A stretch of 64,000 nucleotides of DNA from Cytophagaceae bacterium (GTDB lineage Bacteria; Bacteroidota; Bacteroidia; Cytophagales; Spirosomataceae). The notes beneath the pieces are model-generated. The model searched no databases and was not told the DNA's origin. It saw only the letters and a program-made list of their open reading frames with translations. Made by a program: the position numbers and the translations under genes. This document shows positions 1 to 9,374 of the stretch, piece after piece (positions within the stretch are counted from its first letter, which is position 1; each line of letters begins with the position of its first letter). The stretch covers positions 1,595,183 to 1,659,182 of the forward strand of contig JADKIR010000004.1 in the NCBI GenBank assembly GCA_016722655.1, in the 5' to 3' direction.

Positions 1-2
1 CC

Positions 3-707
3 GGGATTGTAAACCTTGACTTTGCTGATGTTAAAACTGTCCTGGGTGATGCAGGGCATGCTGTAATGGGCTCAGCGGAAGCTGCGGGTTCTGACCGTGC
101 CTCTTTGGCCATTGAGGCTGCTTTGAATTCGCCACTTCTAGAAAACAACAACATCAAGGGAGCCAAGCGAATTCTGGTATCAATAGCTTATTCTGACGAA
201 CTGCCCGAATACAAAATCAAAATGTCGGATCAGGCAAAAGTTACTGATTTTGTAGAAAGTCAGATAAAATCCAGGGCAAAAATATTCAAACACGGTTTTG
301 CAATTGATCGCTCTTTAAAAGACAAAGTGAGGGTTACGATTGTGGCTGCAAGATTTGATGAAAACCTGATTGAAGAGAATAATGAAAAACCGGCCATAAA
401 AACTGTTTTGCCTAAATCAGAAGTTGGAAAAGGTCTGGATGCTGTTTTGCCGGAAAAGCCATCCAGAATTGTAATACCAAAATCAACTAATCAAATCAGT
501 CTTTTTGAGCAGGAAGATAAGCTGATTAGCAGAATTCAGAACATGGTAAAATATGGCCCGGATTTCAATGAGCTCAATGAAGGGCCTGCCTATAAAAGAT
601 ACGGAGTTAGCCTGATAGATTTTGATTCCATCAAGGAAGAGAACATGGAAAAAATTGAGCTTTTTGACATGTACACCGAGCTTTGCAACCAAAAATTGAT
701 TGATTGA
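3..707 (+). CDS. ftsZ: cell division protein FtsZ, C-terminal part (5' end lies upstream of the window)
   Basis: The frame is open from base 3 (GIVNLDFADVKTVLGDAGHAVMGSAEAAGSDRASLAIEAALNSPLL...GAKRILVSI). This matches the conserved C-terminal half of the FtsZ core, followed by a variable linker. Stop at 705-707, and a hairpin terminator follows. Confidence 0.85.
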   Translation, partial: GIVNLDFADVKTVLGDAGHAVMGSAEAAGSDRASLAIEAALNSPLLENNNIKGAKRILVSIAYSDELPEYKIKMSDQAKVTDFVESQIKSRAKIFKHGFAIDRSLKDKVRVTIVAARFDENLIEENNEKPAIKTVLPKSEVGKGLDAVLPEKPSRIVIPKSTNQISLFEQEDKLISRIQNMVKYGPDFNELNEGPAYKRYGVSLIDFDSIKEENMEKIELFDMYTELCNQKLID

Positions 708-735
708 AAAAACTAATTCTTAATAGTAATTTCTG

Positions 736-765
736 AACTCCGGTTATTGCCGGAGTTTTTTGTTT
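736..765 (+). terminator. rho-independent terminator after ftsZ
   Basis: Stem aactccgg (736-743) pairs with ccggagtt (750-757), loop ttattg, followed by a T-run. Confidence 0.7.
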
Positions 766-878
766 TTATTTTCTCAATCCTCAAAAATTATCTGTAATTT
801 CAACCCGTTTTCAACCATTTCTTTATTGCAAATATTAAACTTCCACTGGCTCTAAATAAACCTTAAATAGAAAATAAA

Positions 879-1850
879 ATGAAATACAGAAAATTTGGAA
901 GAACCGGCTGGATGGTAAGCGAAATGGGCTACGGTATGTGGGGTATGGCGGGCTGGACAGGCTCAGAAGAAACCGAAGTCAATGCCGCCCTCGACAGAGC
1001 AATAGACCTCGGTTGCAATTTTTTTGATACCGCATGGGCCTATGGTAATGGTAAAAGTGAAGAAATCCTGAATAGAACCCTCAAAAGAAATTCAGGCAAG
1101 AAACTTTATGTGGCAACCAAAATTCCACCAAAGAATCGTATCTGGCCCTCAAAAAGAGGTTCTAATATCGCAGACGTTTTTCCTGCTGATTACATTGTCG
1201 AATACACAGAAAGTAGTCTGAGAAACCTGGGAGTGGAATGCATCGATTTGCAGCAGTTTCATGTGTGGGAAGACGAATGGGCCTCTCAGGACGAATGGAA
1301 AAACACTATAGAAAAACTCACCAGGGAAGGTAAAGTTAAAGCCTGGGGGATAAGTGTAAACCGTTGGGAGCCGGATAATTCACTCGAAACCATAAAAACC
1401 GGACTTATTGACTCAGTACAAGTGATTTACAACATTTTTGATCAGGCACCTGGAGACAACCTTTTGCCACTTTGTCGGGAAAAGGATATTGCTGTGATTG
1501 CCCGTGTTCCATTTGACGAAGGCACACTTACTGGAACTTTCACCAAAGAAACTACTTTTCCTGAAAATGATTGGCGTTCAAAATATTTTGTGCCCGAAAA
1601 CCTCATTTCTAGCGTAGAACATGCCGATGCCCTCAAGCCATTGATCCCTCAGGATATGTCGATGGCCCAAATGGCTCTCAGGTTTATTCTGGCCAATCCC
1701 GACATTTCTACTATCATTCCCGGTATGCGGCGTATCAAAAACGTGGAAATCAATATGGGCTGTAGTGATGGTCTTGGTCTTGATGCTGACTTACTTTCTG
1801 AGCTCAAAAAGCATCGTTGGGATCGTGTTCCTACAGAGTGGAGTATGTGA
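879..1850 (+). CDS. aldo/keto reductase family oxidoreductase
   Basis: 323-aa ORF. The N-terminus MKYRKFGRTGWMVSEMGYG...ALDRAIDLGCNFFDTAWAYGNGKSEE is typical of AKR family proteins. Confidence 0.85.
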   Translation: MKYRKFGRTGWMVSEMGYGMWGMAGWTGSEETEVNAALDRAIDLGCNFFDTAWAYGNGKSEEILNRTLKRNSGKKLYVATKIPPKNRIWPSKRGSNIADVFPADYIVEYTESSLRNLGVECIDLQQFHVWEDEWASQDEWKNTIEKLTREGKVKAWGISVNRWEPDNSLETIKTGLIDSVQVIYNIFDQAPGDNLLPLCREKDIAVIARVPFDEGTLTGTFTKETTFPENDWRSKYFVPENLISSVEHADALKPLIPQDMSMAQMALRFILANPDISTIIPGMRRIKNVEINMGCSDGLGLDADLLSELKKHRWDRVPTEWSM

Positions 1851-1959
1851 CATTATAATTCCTTAGAAATGATTTGAATTTAATAGAAAAGAACTCAACC
1901 CCAACTTAACTTGGACTTTATACAATGCATTTATTTTTACCTTAAATTTTATAAACAAA

Positions 1960-3483
1960 ATGAAAAAAATATTCTTCTTCCTATTGATCTCCTGCTCCGT
2001 GTGGGCTCAGGGCTCACTTCCCCGAAGTACCCCCGAAGCTGAAGGTATTCCATCATCAGCTATCATAAAATTCCTTGAGGCTGCCGAAAAATCCAATGTG
2101 GAGTTTCATAGTATGATGATTGTAAGGCATGGAAAAGTAGTGGCAGAGGGCTGGTGGAATCCTTATCGGTCAGACCTCAGACATACCATGTACTCTTGCT
2201 CCAAAAGCTTTACTGCCACAGCAGTTGGGTTGGCGGTTAGTGAAGGAAAATTAAAAGTGACCGACAAAGTAATTAGTTTTTTTCCTGATAAATTACCGGA
2301 AAAAATAAGTGATAACCTGGCAGCTTTGGAAGTAAAAGATCTGCTGAGCATGAGCGTAGGTATGGAAAAAGAGCCCGGCCATATCATGGGTGGAAATGAT
2401 TGGATTAAAAGCTTTCTTGCCTGGCCAATCGAAAATAAACCCGGTACTAAATTTCTCTATAATTCTGCGGCTACTTACATGCTCTCTGCCATTGTTCAGA
2501 AAGTTACAGGTCAAAAGATTATAGACTATTTAACTCCAAGATTATTTGAGCCTCTGGGAATCAAAAATATAGACTGGGAAGTGGACCCAAATGATATCAA
2601 TGTGGGCGGCTGGGGACTTAGACTTAAGACCGAAGATATGGCCAAGTTTGGTCAATTGTTTTTACAAAAAGGCAAGTGGAATGGCAAGCAGATACTTCCC
2701 GAAGCATGGGTCAATGAAGCCTCGACCATGAAAATTATGCAAAAACCTGATGCATCGGCCGACGAACTGGCCAAAAGTGACTGGCTTCAAGGCTATTGCT
2801 ACCAGATGTGGAGATGCCGTAACAATGGTTACCGTGGCGACGGTGCCAATGGTCAGTTTATCATCATGTTACCAGAGAAAGACGCAGTGGTGATTTTCAC
2901 AGCCGAAACTACTGATATGCAGAGCGAAATCAACCTTATGTGGGAGAATATTTTACCGGCAATGGGTCCCAAGCCTCTAAAGCCTAATCAGGAAGAATTG
3001 ACGCGATTAAATGACAAACTTAAAGCCCTTAAATTGGGTGCTCCTGACAAGATCAACTCAAGTAAAATGGAAAAATATCTGAGTGGTAAAGAGGTGATTT
3101 TCAAGGGAGAAGTTGCGAAAAAAGTAATTTCGGCAAGCTTTAGTTTTGACAGCCAAAGCTGCTTACTTAAACTCAGAACCGACTCTATTGACCATTTGAT
3201 AAGTTTTGGAAGAGAACAATGGAATTATCAGAAAACCACCAAGTTTGGGCCATATCTTGTGGCCAGAGCAATGGCCAACAGGAAGGGCCTTCCAGCATTT
3301 GATGTGACAGGGAGCTTCACCTGGGTTGATGAAAACACCCTTGAATTTACCCTCAGATACATTGAAAGCCCGCATACCGAAACAGTTATTTGCAAATTTG
3401 ATGGTGATGCAGTAAAAATGGATGTCATTAATATCTGGAATCAAAAACAGGATCGTGTGCCTTTGGAAGGAGTCTTGCGATAA
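1960..3483 (+). CDS. serine hydrolase, beta-lactamase/transpeptidase-like family, secreted
   Basis: 507-aa ORF with a signal peptide (MKKIFFFLLISCSVWAQ), an SxxK motif (SCSKSF), a YxN motif (YNSAAT) and an extra C-terminal domain. Confidence 0.8.
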   Translation: MKKIFFFLLISCSVWAQGSLPRSTPEAEGIPSSAIIKFLEAAEKSNVEFHSMMIVRHGKVVAEGWWNPYRSDLRHTMYSCSKSFTATAVGLAVSEGKLKVTDKVISFFPDKLPEKISDNLAALEVKDLLSMSVGMEKEPGHIMGGNDWIKSFLAWPIENKPGTKFLYNSAATYMLSAIVQKVTGQKIIDYLTPRLFEPLGIKNIDWEVDPNDINVGGWGLRLKTEDMAKFGQLFLQKGKWNGKQILPEAWVNEASTMKIMQKPDASADELAKSDWLQGYCYQMWRCRNNGYRGDGANGQFIIMLPEKDAVVIFTAETTDMQSEINLMWENILPAMGPKPLKPNQEELTRLNDKLKALKLGAPDKINSSKMEKYLSGKEVIFKGEVAKKVISASFSFDSQSCLLKLRTDSIDHLISFGREQWNYQKTTKFGPYLVARAMANRKGLPAFDVTGSFTWVDENTLEFTLRYIESPHTETVICKFDGDAVKMDVINIWNQKQDRVPLEGVLR

Positions 3484-3543
3484 GGAAATTGCTCCTGACT
3501 GGATCTGTCAGCAAATATAATTTTGGACTTGTGGTGTGGTTCA

Positions 3544-3580
3544 CCTCCAATGTCTTTAGAAAATTTGACATTGGAGGAAT
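3544..3580 (+). terminator. rho-independent terminator
   Basis: 11-bp stem cctccaatgtc (3544-3554) pairs with gacattggagg (3567-3577), followed by a T-rich tail. Confidence 0.7.
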
Positions 3581-3626
3581 TTTATGGGTTGGAATGTTAA
3601 ATAAAAAGACTGTTATTCATTAAGAT

Positions 3627-4688
3627 ATGTTTGTTTTAGATGCCCACCTTGATCTTTCTATGAACGCTCTGGAATGGAATCGTGACCTTACCAGACCTTT
3701 ATCGGAGATTAATAATCGGGAGGAAAACTTAACCGATAAGCCCGACCGGGGAAAGGCAACAGTTTCACTTCCTGAATTGAGAAAAGGCAATATCGGACTG
3801 GTGGTTGCAACCCAAATCGCCCGCTATGTGAAACAGGAGAGTGATTTACCCGGCTGGAATTCTCCTGCTCAGGCCTGGGCACAGACTCAGGGCCAGCTGG
3901 CATGGTACAAAGCCATGGAAGAGGCCGGTGAGATGAGAATGATTAAAACGAAGACAGATCTGGAAGCCCATTTGAATGCCTGGAATACAGATAAACACAC
4001 AATTGGATATATTTTGAGCCTTGAAGGTGCCGATTCCATAGTGGAGGTTTCGTATCTTGAAAAAGCCTGGGAAAGCGGACTAAGGGCGATTGGCCCTGCT
4101 CACTACAGGGAAGGCAGATATGCCAATGGCACCAATTCCACGGGAAGAATGAATCAAAATGGTTTGGAATTATTAAAGGAAATTGAACGTCTGGGGATCA
4201 TTCTCGACATGACCCACCTGTGTGATGATGCCTTCTGGCAAGCCATTGAAAACTATTCCGGGCCATTGTGGGCTAGTCATAACAATGCCAGAAAGTTTGT
4301 GAATCATAACCGCCAATATTCTGATGAGCAGATACTTGCCATAATCGAAAGAGGTGGTGTGATAGGTGCTACCCTTGATGCCTGGATGCTGGTACCTGAC
4401 TGGATACGGGGCGTTTCGACTCCGGAAAATACAGGCTGTAGTCTGGAACAGGTGGTTGACAACATTGATCATGTCTGCCAGTTGGCAGGGAATGCCAACC
4501 ATGCTGGCATTGGCTCTGATCTTGACGGGGCTTTTGGAAGAGAACAATGTCCTTATGATCTGAAAACCATCGCTGATCTTCAGAAATTAAGCGTCCTGCT
4601 TGAAAAAAGAGGATATTTAGCTTCGGATATTGAGAAAATAATGAGTGGAAATTTTCTTAATTTTTTGAGGAAATACTTACCTGAATAG
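3627..4688 (+). CDS. membrane dipeptidase (peptidase M19 / renal dipeptidase family)
   Basis: 353-aa ORF. It has the N-terminal DAHLDLSMN metal-binding motif and the overall M19 pattern (HYREGRY..., GSDLDG). Confidence 0.75.
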   Translation: MFVLDAHLDLSMNALEWNRDLTRPLSEINNREENLTDKPDRGKATVSLPELRKGNIGLVVATQIARYVKQESDLPGWNSPAQAWAQTQGQLAWYKAMEEAGEMRMIKTKTDLEAHLNAWNTDKHTIGYILSLEGADSIVEVSYLEKAWESGLRAIGPAHYREGRYANGTNSTGRMNQNGLELLKEIERLGIILDMTHLCDDAFWQAIENYSGPLWASHNNARKFVNHNRQYSDEQILAIIERGGVIGATLDAWMLVPDWIRGVSTPENTGCSLEQVVDNIDHVCQLAGNANHAGIGSDLDGAFGREQCPYDLKTIADLQKLSVLLEKRGYLASDIEKIMSGNFLNFLRKYLPE

Positions 4689-5047
4689 TATAGAAGGTTA
4701 TTTGTAATCATTTTTATACCAAAAGTTTATCTTTTTTAAAAATCATATCGAACAATGTGAAAGCAAATCCTTCTATCAATATAAATACATATATAGTTCA
4801 CATTTAAACTCCTCAAAATCAATACCCTGTCTTTCTAGTTGATTCAGCTTTATTTTCTTTTTTTCAGACAAATAAATAATCAAATCCTGCCTTAATTCTT
4901 TAGTTATTTCCTGATTAAAACTATTTTTTTTACTTTCTCAGGAAAAAAACTGACCAATTCCATATTTCTTTCCTACAAAGCATGATACATTTGTTCTTAT
5001 TTTATCAAAGTGATACAATAAGATTTTTCAAAATAAATTTTAAAAAT

Positions 5048-7348
5048 ATGAAAGTAAAACTATTGACGGTCCTGTGCTTTGTTGCTGTTGCAGCATCAGC
5101 TCAGATAAAAACCAGCAAGGCGATTGTGGTCTCCATGACTATGGAAGAAAAAGCCCGTTTGGTGGTAGGTATGGGTATGAATATGCCAGGAATTACATTA
5201 CCAGCCGAAATGAATGGTGGCCCGGTGGTTGGTCAGACACAAACACGTGTGCCCGGAGCAGCTGGTACAACCGCCGAAAATGCCAGAGTAGGCATCAAAG
5301 GTATGGTAGTAGCTGATGGCCCTGCTGGTTTAAGAATTATGCCCGACAGACCAAACGAGACTAAAAAGTATTTCGCTACGGCTTTCCCGATTTCATCTTT
5401 ACTGGCATGTTCTTGGAATACCCAATTAATTGATCAGGTGGGAAAAGCCATGGGAAATGAAGTGAAAGAGTACGGAGTGGATGTGATTTTGGGGCCTGCT
5501 ATTAACATTCACCGTAACCCGCTGGGAGGTAGGAATTTTGAGTATATGTCGGAAGATCCATATTTGGCTGGAAAAATGAGTGCTGCCATTATTCGAGGAA
5601 TCCAAAGTCAGGGTGTAGGTACTTCATTGAAGCACTTTGCGATGAACAATCACGAAACCAACCGCAATACAATCAATGTAAAAGCAAGTCAAAGAGCCAT
5701 AAGAGAGATTTATTTGAAAGGATTTGAGATTGCTATAAAAGAAGGTAAACCATGGACAGTGATGTCTTCTTACAATAAACTTAATGGGACTTATACTTCT
5801 CAAAGCCGTGAACTGCTGACCGATGTACTTCGTGGGGACTGGAAATACAAAGGATTTGTGATGACCGACTGGTTTGGAGGAGATAATCCTGTGGAACAAA
5901 TGAAAGCCGGAAACGACTTGATAATGCCGGGTACCATCAAACAATATGAAACTATCGTAAAAGCAGTGAAAGAAGGTAAATTAGACGAGAAAGTGCTTGA
6001 TACCAACGTTGAACGTATTCTGGATATTATGAAAATATCGCCTTCTTATGCAGGATATAAATATTCCAATAATCCCGATTTGGTGGCCCATCAGGCCATA
6101 GTTAGAAATGCGGCTACCGAAGGTATGGTATTATTAAAAAATGATAATGCAGCTTTACCGATAACCATAGGCAAGAAAATTGCAGCTTTCGGAAACTTCG
6201 CATATAATCTGGTTTCAGGTGGAACAGGAAGTGGTGATGTCAACGAAGCCTACACGATTTCACTCATTCAGGGTCTGGAGAACGCAGGTTTTGGGTTGAA
6301 TAAAAGTATCCAGGGTGCTTATGAGAAATATCTGAAAGAAGAAAAAGACAAACAACCGAAAAACAGGTCGCCATTTATGCCGCCACCAGTTATAAACGAA
6401 TTGCCGGTAGCACAACTGGATATGAATGAAGCACTTACGGCTGATTTGGCGATTATTACTATCGGAAGGATTTCTGGTGAATTTATTGACAGAAAAGTTG
6501 AAAATGACCTTAATCTTACCGATGCAGAAAAAGCTTTGATAGCAGCAGTTTCAGAAAAATTTCGTGCTCAGGGCAAAAAAGTGGTGGTTATTCTTAATGT
6601 AGGAGGACCAATGGAAACAGCAAGCTGGAAAAGTCTTGTAGACGGTATTCTTCTCACCTGGCAGCCAGGACAAGAAGCCGGTAATGCTATTGCTGATATT
6701 TTGAGTGGGAAAGTTAATCCTTCAGGAAAACTTGCTACTACCTTCTCGATCAAATACGAAGATGAACCAGCCGCTCCGGGATTTCCCGGAAAAGAACTGG
6801 AAGACCAGGTAGGCCATACTTTGGGTGGCATGATGCGTAGTAAGCCTGCCGAAATAGAATACCTCGAGGGTATTTATGTTGGATACAGAGGTTTTGATAA
6901 GAAAAATATTGTGCCCGCGTATGAGTTTGGTTACGGACTTTCCTATACTACTTTCCAATACTCAGGATTAAAACTCAGCAGCCCTACTTTTGGTAAAAAC
7001 ATAGTGGCAACTGTAACTGTAAAAAATACCGGAAAAGTAGCGGGTAAAGAAATAGCCCAATTGTATTTGACTGCTCCTGTTGGTAATATTGAAAAACCTG
7101 AAAAAGAGTTAAAAGGTTTTGCAAAAACAAAACTATTGGCTCCTGGAGAATCACAAACGCTTACATTTACCCTTGATGCCAAAGACCTTTGCTCATTTGA
7201 CGATACAACTTCGGCATGGGTGGCAGAAGGAGGAAAATATACCGTAAAAATAGGTGCATCGAGCAGAAATATTCTTTTGCAAAAAGATTTTACATTACCT
7301 AAAACCTTGGTAGTAGAAAAAGTGAACGATGTGCTGAAGATGAAGTAA
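5048..7348 (+). CDS. bglX: glycoside hydrolase family 3 beta-glucosidase, secreted
   Basis: The ORF track starts at 4982. The ATG at 5048 gives a normal signal peptide (MKVKLLTVLCFVAVAASAQ). GH3 hallmarks are present (GPAINIHRNPLGGRNFEYMSEDPYL, KHFAMNNHE, VMTDW), plus a C-terminal Fn3-like domain. Confidence 0.85.
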   Translation: MKVKLLTVLCFVAVAASAQIKTSKAIVVSMTMEEKARLVVGMGMNMPGITLPAEMNGGPVVGQTQTRVPGAAGTTAENARVGIKGMVVADGPAGLRIMPDRPNETKKYFATAFPISSLLACSWNTQLIDQVGKAMGNEVKEYGVDVILGPAINIHRNPLGGRNFEYMSEDPYLAGKMSAAIIRGIQSQGVGTSLKHFAMNNHETNRNTINVKASQRAIREIYLKGFEIAIKEGKPWTVMSSYNKLNGTYTSQSRELLTDVLRGDWKYKGFVMTDWFGGDNPVEQMKAGNDLIMPGTIKQYETIVKAVKEGKLDEKVLDTNVERILDIMKISPSYAGYKYSNNPDLVAHQAIVRNAATEGMVLLKNDNAALPITIGKKIAAFGNFAYNLVSGGTGSGDVNEAYTISLIQGLENAGFGLNKSIQGAYEKYLKEEKDKQPKNRSPFMPPPVINELPVAQLDMNEALTADLAIITIGRISGEFIDRKVENDLNLTDAEKALIAAVSEKFRAQGKKVVVILNVGGPMETASWKSLVDGILLTWQPGQEAGNAIADILSGKVNPSGKLATTFSIKYEDEPAAPGFPGKELEDQVGHTLGGMMRSKPAEIEYLEGIYVGYRGFDKKNIVPAYEFGYGLSYTTFQYSGLKLSSPTFGKNIVATVTVKNTGKVAGKEIAQLYLTAPVGNIEKPEKELKGFAKTKLLAPGESQTLTFTLDAKDLCSFDDTTSAWVAEGGKYTVKIGASSRNILLQKDFTLPKTLVVEKVNDVLKMK

Positions 7349-7370
7349 TTGCTTGATTTCAATAAAAATG

Positions 7371-7406
7371 GCCGTCGGGAATAAATTTTCCGGCGGCTTA
7401 TTTTTT
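7371..7406. terminator. bidirectional terminator between convergent bglX and the GMC oxidoreductase gene
   Basis: Stem gccgtcgg (7371-7378) pairs with ccggcggc (7390-7397). An A-run precedes it and a T-run follows. It partly overlaps the 3' end of the minus-strand gene. Confidence 0.55.
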
Positions 7407-8954
7407 GTCAGGAATAAGGCTCATTGCCCGTTCGGTTATTGCTGTAATGCTAAGACTGGGGTTAACACCAATGTTTGCAGAAATCATACTTCCATCACAA
7501 ATCATCATATTTTCGTAACCAAAAACCTGATTATCCCGGTTTATAACGCCTTCTGTTTCATCTTTTCCCATCACCGCTCCACCCAGAATGTGTGCCGTAG
7601 TAGGAATACCCAGTATGGTTTCGATGTTCATTACCATGGCTTTACCATCAATGATTTTCTCCATTTTTCGGGCCAGCTCCTGAGCTTTGGGATTATTGCC
7701 TTCGGGAGGTGGACCACTGCTGAGTCGGGAGGTCATATTTCCGAGAAGACCTTTTGAAAATCGTAGTGTAGAATCAATACTTTCCATATAGAGCATGATG
7801 AGGGTGCGTTTGCTCCAATCGTCAATGGCAAAAGCTTTCAAATGGCTCCTGGGTTCGGTGAAAAGCTTGGAAACGGCTTTTATAGCCCTAGAAATCATGG
7901 AGTTGCCTGAGACCATGGGTGCAAAAAACAACCTCCAGAATCCGGAGCCGGCAGAGTATTTTACGGGTTCTACATGGCGGCTCTCGTCCAGCTGGATTAT
8001 TGAACCTATAGCGATTCCCTCGGTCATATCCACTTTTTGAAAAGTGGTAACACCGATAAGGCTCTCAGAGTTGGTTCTGACATCATGCCCGAGTTTATCA
8101 GAAAGATTGGGCAGACTTGTGCGTTTTAAATTTAAAAGTAGTTTAACAGTTCCCATCACTCCTCCGGCAAAAATTACCCCTTTGGCTGTTATTTTTTGCG
8201 TTTTTCCGAAAGTGGGAAAAGTAGGTTTGTAAAATACTTCATAACCGTTTTCACCATGTGTTCCTATTGGTTTTACATCAAAAACACGGCTTTCGGCCAA
8301 AATTTTTGCTCCGGCTTTTTGTGCCAGATGCAGGTAATTTTTATCCAGGGTATTTTTGGCATTGAACCTGCAGCCTACCATACAACCACCGCAAAGGCAG
8401 CAACCGGTGCGGTCGGGTCCCTGGCCATCAAAATATGGGTCAGGTACGGTGACTTCGGGTTTTCCAAAATACACAGCCACATCGGTTTTTTCGAAAGACC
8501 CGGGCTTTCCGATTTCAGTGGCGAGCTGTTGCATGGCTTTGTCGCTCCGGCTCATGTAGGGGTGAGGCACTGCACCCAGCATTTTCTTTCCTAATGCATA
8601 AAACGGAGTGAGTTCTGACTTCCAGTCGGTGAGTTTGGCCCAAGATCCTGTGTTGAAATATTCATTTTTGGGAATGGGGAGGGTGTTGGCATATACCAAC
8701 GAGCCACCACCTACACCAGTGCCACTGAGTACGGTCACATGGCGGAAAAACGAGAGTTTGAAAATTCCTCTTAGTCCTAAAGCGGGCATCCAGAGCCATT
8801 TTCTGAGATTCCAGTTGGTTTTAGGGAAGTCATCGGGTTTGTTAAACCATTTTCCTTGCTCGATTACCAGCACATTATAGCCTTTTTGGGAAAGTCGTAA
8901 TGCGGAAACCGAGCCCCCAAAACCGCTGCCGATAATGATGTAGTCATATTCCAT
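7398..8954 (-). CDS. GMC family FAD-dependent oxidoreductase (cholesterol-oxidase-like)
   Basis: 518-aa ORF with the N-terminal Rossmann FAD motif DYIIIGSGFGGSVSALRLSQKGYNVLVIEQG and a C-terminal GMC-like region. Confidence 0.8.
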   Translation of the reverse strand: MEYDYIIIGSGFGGSVSALRLSQKGYNVLVIEQGKWFNKPDDFPKTNWNLRKWLWMPALGLRGIFKLSFFRHVTVLSGTGVGGGSLVYANTLPIPKNEYFNTGSWAKLTDWKSELTPFYALGKKMLGAVPHPYMSRSDKAMQQLATEIGKPGSFEKTDVAVYFGKPEVTVPDPYFDGQGPDRTGCCLCGGCMVGCRFNAKNTLDKNYLHLAQKAGAKILAESRVFDVKPIGTHGENGYEVFYKPTFPTFGKTQKITAKGVIFAGGVMGTVKLLLNLKRTSLPNLSDKLGHDVRTNSESLIGVTTFQKVDMTEGIAIGSIIQLDESRHVEPVKYSAGSGFWRLFFAPMVSGNSMISRAIKAVSKLFTEPRSHLKAFAIDDWSKRTLIMLYMESIDSTLRFSKGLLGNMTSRLSSGPPPEGNNPKAQELARKMEKIIDGKAMVMNIETILGIPTTAHILGGAVMGKDETEGVINRDNQVFGYENMMICDGSMISANIGVNPSLSITAITERAMSLIPDKK

Positions 8955-9046
8955 TTAAGATTGAAAGATATTTATTTGAAATTTAGATAAAAATCCCGGA
9001 ATGTAGATTTTAATTTTTTCAAATTATTTTTCGTGATGCAAAAATT

Positions 9047-9203
9047 CGGCTAAAGCCGGGATTTTGGTTGAGTTTAAATATAATCTCCAGCTAAAGCTGG
9101 AGGGAATTGAATTAGATGGGAAATTTGAAGAATATATTCAATAGAAATGGGCTTCAGCCCATTTATAAAAATTTGAAACAAGATTATCATTGGCTTTAGC
9201 CAA
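9047..9203. repeat. row of four tetraloop mini-hairpins
   Basis: cggc-taaa-gccg (9047-9058), ctccagc-taaa-gctggag (9085-9102), aaatgggc-ttca-gcccattt (9145-9164) and ttggc-ttta-gccaa (9190-9203). They are spaced about 40-50 nt apart in non-coding DNA. Confidence 0.6.
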
Positions 9204-9237
9204 ATTTTTGCAACGATATTATTTTTCTTGGACGAAA

Positions 9238-9364
9238 ATGCCCACGTGAGGGGGTGAGCGGCATGTTTGAGCCCCCGCACCACGCCCCAAGCGTGGGAGG
9301 AGGCGAGTAGCGAACACCCGACCACCTGCTGATGGCTGATAAGCCGGCAGCTGGTGGGCACGCC
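9238..9364. repeat. GC-rich palindromic block, related to 20707-20792
   Basis: A strongly GC-rich stretch in an AT-rich spacer. It contains hairpin ccacgc-cccaa-gcgtgg (9280-9296) and ccacctgctg...cagctggtgg. The same ccaYgc-loop-gYgtgg hairpin recurs at 20720-20735 and 20744-20759. Confidence 0.55.
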
Positions 9365-9374
9365 AAAACAAACC

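Noticed and set aside
4795-4960. Minus-strand reading frame giving ESKKNSFNQEITKELRQDLIIYLSEKKKIKLNQLERQGIDFEEFKCELYMYLY in the 360-nt spacer upstream of bglX.
   Set aside because: It has no start codon, because the frame opens directly after a TGA. It is under 60 aa. A nearby ATG is in another frame and stops after 19 codons. At best it is a decayed gene remnant, which is not supportable as a feature.
4982-5047. N-terminal extensions in the ORF track: bglX from 4982, rpsB from 30506, the sigma factor from 55028, secE from 61014 and alkB from 50158.
   Set aside because: Internal ATGs give canonical N-termini, either signal peptides or conserved starts. They also remove overlaps with neighbouring genes or tRNA-Trp.
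9047-9203. Possible CRISPR array, given the regularly spaced short palindromes.
   Set aside because: The four hairpins differ in sequence and length (12-20 nt). The spacing is irregular, and no cas genes or leader are present.
9074-9361. 95-aa ORF on the minus strand in the GMC oxidoreductase-gpsA spacer.
   Set aside because: It lies entirely over the hairpin and GC-rich repeat block. Its 'protein' (..NGLKPIS.., ..WLKPMI.., ..SHAWGVV..) is simply the palindromes translated. It has no RBS or promoter context and no domain.
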